A DNA stretch of 64,000 nt from Octopus sinensis (Eukaryota), in NCBI RefSeq assembly GCF_006345805.1, contig NC_043008.1, forward strand, positions 10,664,001 through 10,728,000, given 5' to 3'. Positions 13,961 through 26,604 of this stretch are shown in pieces (the stretch's first letter is position 1; each line of letters opens with the position of its first letter). A model generated the notes under the pieces. That model did not search any database and was not told the origin of the DNA. It saw only the letters and a program-made list of their open reading frames with translations. A program made the translations under genes and the position numbers.

Positions 13961-15560
13961 TGGTGAGAAGCTTCTTTTCATCTAACATACAACAAACCTA
14001 CACAGTGAAATCCAAGATGGTAGACATGGACGGAGCGCTGTACTGTGCAGCACGATTCGTTTAAAAACGAAAAACAATATAAAAAATACCTTTAAAGATT
14101 TAGAGAAATGTAAAAACATGATGAGGTTCCATACTCTTTGCTTATCAAATTAACCTTTTGCGGTAAGGTAAACTAAACTAAGTTGTTAGTTAAACTGCTA
14201 TATTTCTTTTAGAGATTTCAGTTATTGGGCTGAGGCCAAGCTGGGGCAACACCTTTAAGGGATTCGGTCGATCAGTACTTATGTTTTTTGAAGTTTTTTT
14301 TTGTTATTGATGTCTAATCGTCAAACCATTGTTATCACGAGGAAAAATCGTTCAAGCAGTCCTGGAAAATCAAATACGATGAAATAACGATCTTGAAGAT
14401 TAGTAAAAAAGTCTCCAATATAATAGAAAGTACTTGTAATATAGATTCAGTGTTCTAGCTGTAGATCATTGGCGACATTTGTGACTTTTCAAAGAAAAAA
14501 TATCTAATGAAATTGTGAAGCCATCACTTCTAAAAGAGAACTTTCGGAAAACGGATACAAAAGCAAAAACAAAGCACTTGTAAAAACTATATGTTGTTTA
14601 TTTGTTACAAACTATGAATGAGATATTTCGAAGACACCCGAATAAGAAAACCCAAACTACAACTTACGATTGTTTCATTACTTCAAAGAAGTTATCCAAG
14701 TAATATGAGATGCACAGTTAATGACGTATAAATATGAGTTGTTTCATTATCGTAGTTGTAGAATAAAAAATGTATATAAACATAAAATAAAGAATAAGTT
14801 ACAAAAATGGAGGAGACTATGGAAAAGAAACAAAAAATGGATGAGGGGAAGAGTGATGAGAAAAAGGGAAAAAACCCCCCAGAAAATATACAAATGAAAA
14901 TAGATCAAATATAAAAAAAGTAAAAATAAAAACGTGCATAAATGTGAGCATTACGATAGAGGTAAAATGAGTTTAGAAATATTTTTCTACGTAATACCCT
15001 TATATGCACACACATGTATATGCCAAAAATTAACCACTCCAATTCTTCATAAAGAGAGAAAGAACCGCTCTGTTAACAGTAAAGTAAATAATATGATACT
15101 AATAAATGAATTTTAAACGTGTAATTAGGTTGTAATATTAGATTCCAATGTTTCAGGATAAATTGATCACAGTGGTCACAGTTTGTAAAAATCGCAGATT
15201 TTCCATTTGCAAAAATTTTTTACTATTGGACTCTTTTCAGCAGTACATAAATCATAACTTTCATTCCTGTTCTCTGTGTTTTAATACAGGTGTACAAACC
15301 TATTTTCGATCCAAAAGAACTTTCACAATCGGTAAGTGAGAATTAAATGTTGCCGAGTTAAAGAACCCCCGTTGCCAGACTGTTTTTCTCTGTCGATGTC
15401 TCCTTCTGCAAGTTTTCTCTTTACAGTTAGTTTCAAAAAATTAATCTCAATACTAGCAGACATAATTGAGATACATTTAGAAAAGACTTTGTTATCACCT
15501 TTAATTATTTCGGTCGAAAACACCTTTGTCTAATATCTTAGTTGTTCTTCACGAACTGAT

Positions 15561-15960
15561 TACTCTTTTACTTGTTCCAGTCATTTGACTGCGGCCATGC
15601 AGGAGCACCGCCTTTAGTCGAGCAAATCGACCCCGAGACTTATTCTTTGTAAGCCCGTACTTATTCTATCGGTCTCTTTTGCCGAACCGCTAAGTGACGG
15701 GGACGTAAACACACCAGTTGTCAAGCAATGCTAGAGGGACAAACACAGACACACAAACATATACACACACATACATATACATATATATACATATATACGA
15801 CAGGCTTCTTTCAGTATCCGTCTACTAAATCCACTCACAAGGCTTTGGTCGGCCCGAGGCTATAGCAGAAGACACTTGCCCAAAGTGCCACGCAGTGGGA
15901 CTGAACCCGGAACCATGTGGTTGATTAGCAAGCTACTTACCACACAGCCACTCCTGCGCC
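15561..15960 (-). mobile_element. tRNA-derived SINE family B, full length, with internal CA/TA microsatellite
   Basis: Minus-strand head GGCGCAGGAGTGGCTGTGTGGTAAG...GGTTCAGTCCC (A/B-box-like) and CORE-like TTGGGCAAGTGTCTT; near-identical to 60435-60880. Confidence 0.9.
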
Positions 15961-16517
15961 TTTTTTACGAACTTTTTAAAATATAACCTTATATACATTA
16001 CTATAAACTTCTGTCACCTACCCATAAAAGTCAAATTAAAAATCCAATTGAAATATTAGTAGACTATCTGGCTTGACAATGAATAAGAATATTTCCAATA
16101 ACACAGTCTCTTACAATAATAAATTACCAGAATCAAGAAGACTCAAAGATAAAATTATTGATGCGCCCAACACTTTGTCATCAGGTTCACATCTCCTTTT
16201 TTCTTTAAACATTATGTCCAATATTGTTAAGAATTTTCTAGCCTCAACAGGTAAGTAGAAAAATTATTTAATATGAACAATCTTAAATTGAATTACAACT
16301 TCAGTGTTCACAAGAAACTTTTAATATCTCAAACCTGCAAAATTAATAATGTCAAACTGTGTATGTTGATAGATTGATTAAATTTTGTATTACACGTGCA
16401 AAAGTGTACATTTACATATATGTTTTCATATTTGCATCATTATCATACGTTACTAGAATATAAACTACTTTTGTTCATGTAACAAACTTCACATATGTAA
16501 AAGATATATACAAATGC

Positions 16518-16602
16518 CTATGTATGTATGTATGTATGTATGTATGTATGTATGTATGTATGTATGTATGTATGTATGTATGTACATATATATGTATGTA
16601 TG

Positions 16603-16698
<96 letters not shown>
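16518..16698. repeat. (TATG)n-(TA)n microsatellite
   Basis: Read directly. Confidence 0.97.
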
Positions 16699-16699
<1 letters not shown>

Positions 16700-16701
<2 letters not shown>

Positions 16702-16890
16702 GCCATGATAGATCGTTAGCTACTACACGCATTTTTTTTCTCTCCTTGTTTTTTTCTGTGTATCTTTCTGTCGAAGAGCGTAGGCTCGAAACGTAAAAGA
16801 CTTTTTCTATTCCTGAGCGCTATACTAATACATCTGTTTGTTTGTACACCACCTGCCTTCGTCTTTTGTTTATTTTCGTAAACTTTCCAT
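16700..16890 (+). mobile_element. Dispersed repeat family C, probably Penelope-like non-autonomous, with a degenerate hammerhead-like motif
   Basis: TCGAAGAGCGTAGGCTCGAAACGT; related copies at 46243-46330 (+) and about 47420-47580 (-). Confidence 0.6.
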
Positions 16891-16919
16891 TTATATATAT
16901 ATATACACCTATATACAAT

Positions 16920-17145
16920 ATATATAAATTAGAGAAAAACCACTATTATGTAATTCAAACAATGATAGACATAAACCAAATCATAAAGTAAAAATATATT
17001 ATAAAACATATAACTAGATCACAAAAAGTGCAAAAAAATGAATGAACAATATATAAGTAAAAAGACTACGCACGTTTCGTGGCTATAACTTCAATTCGAA
17101 TTACAATTAAATTTAAATTTAATCGAAAAACTCTCATCAAAAGCA
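16920..17145. mobile_element. Dispersed AT-rich repeat, possibly Penelope-related
   Basis: TAAATTAGAGAAAAACCACTATT...ACATAAACCAAA matches the reverse complement of about 27800-27910. Confidence 0.5.
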
Positions 17146-18304
17146 ATAATTTTAAATTTATCTTTCAAACAAACACCATTATATAGTTTTACACATTGTG
17201 ACAGTACACTTGCTGACATAGACAAATGTAGTAGTATAAATTCTCCCGCGCGATCTCCCGTCTGTCTGATACGCAGATAACACACGTCCTCCACTAGACA
17301 TACTAACCTCTACTCTACTATCAGTACATTTCATCCATCAGATTCCGAAAAACCACCACCACCACCACCACCACGACTTCTCCACCAACAAGAATAAGAG
17401 AAATAAAATTCATAAAAGTATAACAAAACAAAAAGGCAATAAACAACAAAAACATATTTCTTTTCCTTTCTTTCTTTTCTCGGTGGTGATTTAGTTATCT
17501 TTAAGAAGTAAATTGACTTTTATTTCACTTCAAATGAAACCTCGTTTTAATCTTTTATACCCTTTTCGTTTTACAGGCAATCATCAATATATATCGTACG
17601 TTATCTAAGACGTTGCTTACAATATTTTTCTTTACATCATTCAGGATGCAATGTTTAACATTTATCTTAAGTATACTCAATATATTCTTATAGAAAAGAA
17701 AAAAAGTTTTTAGTTACTCTGTCCATATTAAACTTTATTTAACTACACTTTATCTGTCTATCTCTTTATCTATCAGTTTATCTATCTATTCTAACGTAAT
17801 CATTGCTATCTTGTCTCATATAGCTTTTTTTTTTCTTCTTGCATCGATTAAACCAAAGCTTCCAGTTTGGCCATATGTTATTAACTGTTGCTTTGATTAA
17901 GAGACTTATCAATTTCGAATCTCGACTGCAATTTTCCTGTGTGCTCACTGCAGGGAGATTCAAAATGACAAAGACAACAACAACAAAAACAAAGGCAAAA
18001 AACCAAAACAAAAAAGAGGAAAGAAAATAGAAGAAAGAAAAATTACTTTTCCTTGCACATTTGTTTTTCTCAACTTTACAGATTCATTGCTAGCTGACTG
18101 ATTGGTTGATTAAGTGATAAAGTGACTCACACACTGGCTCTCTCTCCCCCTTTCTCTTTCCCTCTTCTTCTGTGTTAGACAGAGAGACAGAGAGTAAGTG
18201 AGACGGAGAGTGAGAGAGAGAGAGAGAAAGGCAGTTATTGCTGCTATATTCGTCTGTGTCACTAAGTGTATTTTTACTGTGTGTAGCTGTATTTTCTTCC
18301 GATA

Positions 18305-18762
18305 ACAGCGCTTACCGACGATGCGGCTTTTGCTGCCCTTACAGATTTAGCTGTAGATTATATAACATCTTGCTTCACAGAGGGTGACAATCTCTGGATT
18401 GCAAGTCAGCTCGAAGACAGAAGTTCCTCGCCAGCCAAGATTAGTAAAGAGTTTGACAAGGAATTGACAAAGGCTAAGAGATCATTCAGCAAACTGCACA
18501 AAAGTTTGAAACAGCAAGCGTTTCAGGAAAGACACCAAGATCAGTATTTACAGAAAGCCATTATACTGATCCCCTCTTGTATGACAACTGTGCATTTGAG
18601 CGTTTCCATACACCGGAGAAACGTTATTATCAGCATCAGCATCGAGGTGATGCTTTTAATGTCGCAACAGCATTTGACAGGGTACCCTTCCAGGGTACGT
18701 TACTCTAGATTGGGCGAACTCTCCACTGACCACTGTGACAGAAGCGACTAAAGAAAAGGCAC
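18305..18762 (+). mobile_element. Decayed RTE-clade LINE fragment (C-terminal RT region, internally deleted)
   Basis: LTDDAAFAALTDLAVDYITSCFTE (FADDAAL...ITSCFAE-like), shifted GLQVS.KTEVPRQP, KAKRSFSKLHK, KAIIL, LGELSTDHCDR. Confidence 0.8.
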
Positions 18763-18796
<34 letters not shown>

Positions 18797-18815
18797 TTTG
18801 TTGTTGTTGTTGTTA

Positions 18816-18891
<76 letters not shown>

Positions 18892-18906
18892 TATTATTAT
18901 TATTAT
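18763..18906. repeat. (ATT)n microsatellite followed by a SINE A head fragment (18907-18940)
   Basis: Read directly. Confidence 0.92.
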
Positions 18907-20267
18907 TAAGGCGGTAAGCTGGCAGAATTGTTAGCACTCGTTGTCAACCTACGAAGTACAAATTTTTTAAAATACAAAATACGCCAGAAATTTCCTGACG
19001 ATCTACAGATTTAGAAATAGTATACCCCGGTCAAAATTATCTTTTGTGTATTTATGTCCATTTTAAAGAAGTTATTGTCGTTAAAATAAAGCAGGAATCC
19101 AAGAAAAAGGATCGGAGAAGTTGTTAGAGCGTTCGAATGAAATACTTTCTCGTATTTGTTTGAACACTTTACCTTCTGACAACAGCATCTATAGCGACAC
19201 TGGCTCCAAGCTGTATCAGCCGTTGTCTTTTGGACAACAATGGCGTCTGGTGAATGGGGAGAATTGCTGCTTACGAAGATGATGATCTCAAAAATAAAAA
19301 TAAAAGAGTGGAAATCTTGTCTGGCCTGCGTTTTGGAGAGGAATTTAAGAAGTGCAGCTACATAGTCACAATCGAGGAAAAGCTTAGGGATTAGAGGATC
19401 ATTTGAGGTAGATTTAGCAGCTATTTCTTAAAGATCCAGTGGCAACGTAGAGGCTGTTTTATTTTTACTGAGTTCGAGGCAATCAACTTTGGTTTTCTCT
19501 AATAAAATTTGAGCCTCAGAAGATTAGGTATTTAATAATATTACTGATAAAGTTTTCCGATTTTTTTGCCATGCCTTTCATTAAAAACCTTTGGGCTATA
19601 CAGAAAAATAAAACAAAAACAAATATTTTTATATATTAATATGAAGAAGAAACTGCGATCGAAAGCAATTTCTTTGTCTTCGAAACAAAATCTATTTATC
19701 TTAATCTGATTAGCAAATACTTCAATAGATCAGTGGTCCAGTAAAAATAAAAACAAAATCCTACATTTTAGAAGGTTTGAGTGAAGATGAAGAGTTTTTC
19801 ACTCAGTCAGGAACAGTAAAATCATGAAACAAAATCCACGTTGTTGGATTTTAGCTGCAGATCGACGCTGTTCATAAATTTATCTTTATCTTAATCATCC
19901 TTCATCACAAATGAAGATGGGAAAATAAAGCCATGTTAATATTGCTGTAAGAAATTGCTCAACAGACTAGAGGCAACGAAATCCTGAAACAAAATAAGAC
20001 TGCTATTGCCATTGTTATGTTTTCTGATAGAGGAAAAAAAGTTCTCTGTCATAGCTTAAAGCGTCTAAGAGAGATTACTGAAACGGTTCTGTTATTTACT
20101 TATTTATTTATTTATTTATTTACTTATTTATACTATAAGTGTCTGTTTTTGAAAAGAAATATTTCACTCAACTTATTTAATCTCTCTACTTCTGTTTCTC
20201 CACCTCATTCTCCTCACCTCTCTCTCTCTGCCTCTTTCTCTGTATATATATATATATACACATAGAA

Positions 20268-20285
20268 AGAGGCAGAGAGACAGAC

Positions 20286-20324
<39 letters not shown>

Positions 20325-20560
20325 TAGATAGATACACACACACACACATACATGTGTGTGTTTGTATATTATATATATATAATATACAAACACATTATAT
20401 ATTGTATATTATATATATATATATATATATATAATATACAAGCACATTATATATATTATATTGTATATTATATATATATATATAATATACAAACACACAC
20501 ATGTATGTATGTGTGTGTGTATCTATCTGTCTGTCTCTCTTTCTATCTATCTATCTATTG
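20268..20560. repeat. Compound (GACA)n/(CA)n/(TA)n/(TATC)n low-complexity region
   Basis: Read directly. Confidence 0.9.
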
Positions 20561-20811
20561 AAGACATTATAATGCAAGCAAGTCTCGTATAATTATTCAT
20601 ACATGCATATACATATATATATGTGTTTGTATGTGTGTGTGTGTGTATGTTTAAATGTACACACACACACACATGCTATCACAATTTTTTTCTTGCTTGT
20701 ATATTGTATATTCAAGTTATTTCTATATTCATGTTTATGCGCCATGTTTGCTTCCCTCGCTGTCCTCAATCTTTGCTCACTATTGCCCTCACAAAAAAAA
20801 AATGAATAACA

Positions 20812-21124
20812 TCCTTTTCTACTCTAGGTACAAAGCCTGAAATTTTTAGAGAGGGAGTCAGTCAATTTATATCGACCCCAATGCGTAACTGGCACTTAAT
20901 TCCTCGACCCCGAAAGGATGAAAGGCAAAGACGACCTCGACGGAATTTGAACTCAGAAGGTAGCGGCAGACGGAATACCTATTTCTATTTCTTTACTACC
21001 CACAAGGGAATAAACATAGAGGGGACAAACAAGGACAGACAAACGGATTGAGTCGATTACATCGACCCCAGTGCGTAACTGCTACTTATTTAATCGACCC
21101 CGAAAGGATGAAAGGCAAAGTCGA
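20812..21124 (-). mobile_element. SINE family A partial dimer
   Basis: Two CGACCCCGAAAGGATGAAAGGCAAAG cores joined at GGAATACC|TATTTCT. Confidence 0.88.
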
Positions 21125-21296
21125 AGAAGAAATTTGACTGCTATTTGGAGCAGCTCAAATGAGTACGTAGCTTTTTCTTCGGTGATCGGAACCACTTGCA
21201 TACAGAAGTAGTATAGAGAATCGGCAACCGGTGTTGAGTGATTTACATCACCGTATTATAAGCGGTTCGTCAAATGAGGCCGCTAGAATAAATACC

Positions 21297-21530
21297 TATT
21301 TCTTTATTACCCACAAGGGGCTAAAACACAGAGGAGACAAACAAAGACAGACAGACGGATTAAGTTGATTATATTGACCCCAGTGCGTAACTGGTACTTA
21401 ATTTATCGACCCCGAAAGGATGAAAGGCAATATCGACCTCAGCGGAATTTGAACTCAGAACGTAACGGCAGACGAAATACCGCTAAGCATTTCGCCCGGC
21501 GTGCTAACGTTTCTGCCAGCTCGTCGCCTT
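21297..21530 (-). mobile_element. Full-length SINE family A inserted in a family B tail, with a 17-bp TSD
   Basis: CCGCTAGAATAAATACC at 21280-21296 and 21531-21547; the flanks rejoin as a family B 3' region (about 21225-21655). Confidence 0.88.
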
Positions 21531-22763
21531 CCGCTAGAATAAATACCAGACTTAAAACAATAAGTACTGGAGTAGATTTGTTTAACTGAACCCTTTAAGG
21601 CGGTGCTCCAGTATGGCGGCTGTCCAATGATTAAAAGAAACAAAAGGTAAAGGAATATGCATGGAAACTAATTTGTTTCTCTCGAAAGAACGAAAGGCAA
21701 ATTCGTTCTAAATAAAATTTGATTTCAGGACATAGAAAGACTAAAACTAAATCGGAAAATACATCCATTACTACACAACTACTCTGCTTCTAACAATTTA
21801 ACTATCTCTTAAGGTAGCCATAGTAAAATAAGGAGACAAACCGAATAGAAAGCTTTGTCTTCTCGTTTTTACTTTTCCTTTCCTGCATTGTATGATTTTA
21901 TTTAACAAAATGAAAACATTGAGAAAATATGATTACGTATTTTATTCTTCCATCGAGATTTTATTTAATAAAACAAGATGATTTCACCGTGGAGCAAGAG
22001 ACGATTAACCACTCTGAATGGACGGTTTTGAAAATGTCGTCTGCAAAAATTTTATTGCTTATGTCGATGATATTAGTTTTATTGTAAACACAACAGTCGA
22101 AAATCACATTTAATTTAGTTTATATCCATCGCCTTCCTTCACATTATCCCCTCAACTCTTGAAGTTATGAAACTTTTAAAAGTCTGTCGTTATTAAAACC
22201 GAGACTCTCTACATAGTCATTCGTTAGTGCACTTTATGATTGCCAGAAATGAAATATTTATCTGAAAAGTTCACCAGTTCATCTTATTAGCTCGAAGACA
22301 GTAGACCGAACTTTTTCCACAAATTGAGCTAGTTATTCTTAAATATATCGACTCGAATAGCTTTCTTGTCCTTATAGCAGTTAATAACAGCTTCCCAGAA
22401 TGGCTATGGTGTTGTTTAAAAGATTTATCTTGTCTAAAAGATCTGACTGCATTTGAGTTAGTGTTTTGTGATATTTCTCATTCGCAGTAAAATCACCCGT
22501 AAGTACTTAAGGAAATTGGCGTCCTTTTCTTTAACGAGAATATGATTTAGTGAAAAATTCTCTTATATTAAACATTCTTATTCAAATTAAATTGAATTTC
22601 GGTTTTCTTCAGATTTGACTCTCTTTAGTTGATCTTTCTAATTAAGTCTTCAGACATTGATACCGAAACTAATTGTAATTAATAGTCATATGTCTTACTA
22701 CTTTGATAAACCTATTGATTAAACTGAGCGTTCGGTAATCAACTTGATCGATACATGTGTGGG

Positions 22764-23172
<409 letters not shown>

Positions 23173-23303
23173 GTTAGATCGCTAACTATAAAACATCTGG
23201 AATAAATCTTTAAAGTTGAAATCTAACAACTACATAAAATAATATGTTTAGAGAAATATAATTTAATGTAATATGTAAGCTAAAGGAGAAAAAGAACCAT
23301 TTG

Positions 23304-23334
<31 letters not shown>

Positions 23335-23530
23335 CACACACACATATATATATACACATACATACATATGCATATATACATACATACGTATATATATATA
23401 TACAAATAGAGTTAGCGGTTATAGTAACCGACTAAGGGATAAAATATCTGTACATACTATCAGTATCCGTTATCTGTGTCTCCTTTGTATGCTCTTGTTT
23501 TTCACTCTGATGAAGATCTGTTACCTTAAT

Positions 23531-23935
23531 GCGAATGCCCTTTGAAGATGAAGAATTTTATGGTGAACGATGTGCTGTAAGAAAACACAAGGAAAACTCC
23601 AAAGAGCGATACGAAGTTTCTTTATAGGAACGTTGACTAGTGGAAGGACGTTGGTGATAATCGTTCCAACAGTATACTGGAACTAGAGAAGCGTTCGAAA
23701 AATAACGAGAAGAGAGACTGAAGATTTCTGCTGAAAAGAAGGAAATTCGACGAAAGAACAACACCAGGACCAAATTGATTGACAGCGTCTTTAAGTGTAG
23801 CCTCTGCAGCCAGGACTGTTACTCAACATGTAAGCCTCTACAGTCACAACAGATGTTCTGCCAACAAGACTAAAAGAAGTCTTTCCAGGCGCACGGCTTT
23901 GGTCTCGCTTAACGAACCAATGCTTTCATACCAGA
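23531..23935 (+). mobile_element. Decayed 3' end of an RTE-clade LINE with C-terminal zinc-finger-like motif
   Basis: RMPFEDEEFYGE, D*WKDVGDNRS, AFEK*REERLK..EKKEIRRK, VFKCSLCSQDCYS, then shifted VSLYSHNRCS (C..C..DC.SR.GL.SH.R.C pattern). Confidence 0.75.
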
Positions 23936-24182
23936 TAACAACAAACCCCTTAACTGTCACACACTAAGATTACCAATATATTGCAGATAATCTGCCACAA
24001 AATGTTGAAAATGTTAAGATTAAAATATTGAATAGTTTATTCAGCTGAGGTTCCGACTGGTTTCCAAATCGGAATATTTGATGCACGGACATATTAGAGG
24101 CACCCAGCACCAATTTCAGCAGCGCATATTCACGAACAAAGATTTTTTTTAATGCATTAAAGCATGTAATACAAGACCAACG

Positions 24183-24359
24183 TAGGGCGGTGGGTTGGCA
24201 GAATCGTTACTGTGCCGGACAAAATGCTTAATAGCATTTCGTTCGTCTTTATGTTTTGGGTTCAAATTCCGCCGAGGTCGATTCTGCCTTTCATCCCTTT
24301 GGGATCGGTGAAATAAGTACCAGTTGAGCATTTGCTGGCTTTGTGCCAAAATTTAAAGC
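24183..24359 (+). mobile_element. SINE family A, internally deleted
   Basis: Head plus core CCGCCGAGGTCGATTCTGCCTTTCATCCC. Confidence 0.85.
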
Positions 24360-24669
24360 AGATATAGGGCCCAACTTCTCATGTCGAATGCGGGGAGATA
24401 TTTCTTTTAATAAAAAATTGCATCTTATATGCCATCAAATACGAACATTTCTGTTTGTCTTGGTACAAACATATCTCGTTGTATTAGCGGTATTAGTTTA
24501 ACCAAAATGCATTACTAGGGCATATTTTCTATGGCATGTAGGATTAAAAGATAGGATTGATCTGGGTGGAATTTGAATTTAGAACATAAAAATTAAAAAT
24601 AGTGCACAGCATTAGTTAAAGTCTATGTTTTTACATCTAGCTACCCGTTCTCTTTTAGCTAAATATTGA

Positions 24670-24878
24670 TTTTAAATTTTGGCGCAAGGCCAGCAATTTT
24701 GGGAGAGGGGCTAAGTCGATTATATTGATCTCAGTGCTTCGCTGGTACTTATTTTATTGACCCTAAAATGGTTGAAAGGCTGAAACGATCTTGGTGGAAT
24801 TTGAACACACGACGTAAAAACAGACGAAATACCTATTTCTTTACTACCCACAAGGGGCTGAATACAGAGAGGACCAAC
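24670..24878 (-). mobile_element. SINE family A partial dimer
   Basis: Tail-2 unit joined at CAGACGAAATACC|TATTTCTTTACTACC. Confidence 0.8.
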
Positions 24879-25631
24879 TGTCTTGTGTCAAAGTTTGAAT
24901 ATTTCCAACCTCATTAATATTTATCAAATCGATATGACCTCATATAATTCCAAGAACAAACAGCACTTGTGTTTCTGAAGAACATGCTGCGTTGTAAGAC
25001 AGAAAGGAAATAATCTTATGAATAGGAAGTGATCTACATGAAAGACAGATTTATTATGGAAAATTACACAAGTCATAAGAACATTCCAGTTTTTGATTAG
25101 TGTTGGATCAACTAAAATGACGCATGCTACTTAACAAAAAAAAAAAGAAAAAAGTATTTTTTTATTATAATTCTTCCTTTCCGCCATTTTTTTTCATTCT
25201 TAGATATTACCTTCGATGTTCATCAATGCTTTTCTATTTATTGATGGTTTTAGTCTATTTTTCTTTCGTCTATTTTCTTCCCATTAGTCTTTCATGCAAC
25301 ATCTTTCGTTGTTTGTCTACTTATTTTCTGTCTATAAGAATCACAGTAAGTAAATACTTAAACGTATACTACTGTCCCCAGTGTTTTTATTTTGCTTTCA
25401 CCTTCTTTATTTCTCTGTGTCTCCATTCTCTCTGTCTTCCTGCTTTTTAATTTCTTTTTCTATCTCTATCACTGTTCCCGTTTCTCTCTGCTTTTTAATT
25501 TCTCTCTCTCTTATGTTTTCATTTTCCGCATTTTCTTCCTTCTCTCGAATAAATGGTTTTTGTTTAAATTTCCAATATCTATTTATCTAGGCCCGTATTT
25601 GTCTTTTCTTTTGTAAACCTATTTATTTGTC

Positions 25632-25714
<83 letters not shown>

Positions 25715-26604
25715 TTAATCTCTGTCATTCTTCGCTTTTATGATGTCTACGGGTTTTGTTGCTTTTCAATAAAATCATAAATACTAGGTCAATTGACAAG
25801 GGAAAGTCGTCTGTTGTATCCACCCAAACCAAAAACAATTCTATGGAATTCAAAGACCTACAATACAAACATGATGAACAATAAAAAAAAACGAAAGGAA
25901 TCTGTAAATGGCATCTGAAGAACTGGGAAAGATGTTAAAATAATAAACGAAAGATGTTAAGTTTTTCACGAAAGTGAGGAAGTCACTGATTAATTTCTGG
26001 AAAAAAAGACAAATAAAAAAATAGTAAAATCACACCAAAACATACAAAAAAACCAAACAAACTAAAAAAAAGTAAAAAATTTCGTTGAATAATTTTTCTT
26101 TGCTATTTCTTTAACTATTCACCAAAAAACTAAAACTTGACTGAAAACAGATGGTGTTGAGATGCAAAAATCTTGTTTACGGATATGTTTTTTTTCCCTT
26201 CGATTCTGTTCTGAGAGTTTCCCCATTCACAATCTCAATAAATATCAATAAGTAGTTCGCGTTTAGATTTTCTGAATACTTTTTCAGATTTATTTCTACG
26301 ATTATAAAAACAAAAACAAAAACAAACTGTGTGTGACACAGGAATTATGTTTACTATTAGATTAAAATCAAATCTTGTTTTCAAATTTTTTTCAAACTCT
26401 GTGACTGATTTCTGCAAGATGGAAAAAATATTTCCATAACTTATTCAAAACTCAGTGTTTAGTGATAAGGTATTCACCTCTTCACTTCCACCGCAAAGAT
26501 CCGACACATACGCACACGCATACAAACCTACATACACTTAGAGACACCAAGAGTAATTATATTCGAAATAATTAAAGAACTTCTAAATGAAACGATGATT
26601 ATTC

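Larger units (their letters stand above)
12479..14680. repeat. Pair of 162-bp inverted repeats (12479-12640 and 14519-14680) enclosing about 1.9 kb
   Basis: Reverse complement of the right arm aligns ungapped to the left arm with 6 mismatches counted by eye. Confidence 0.93.
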
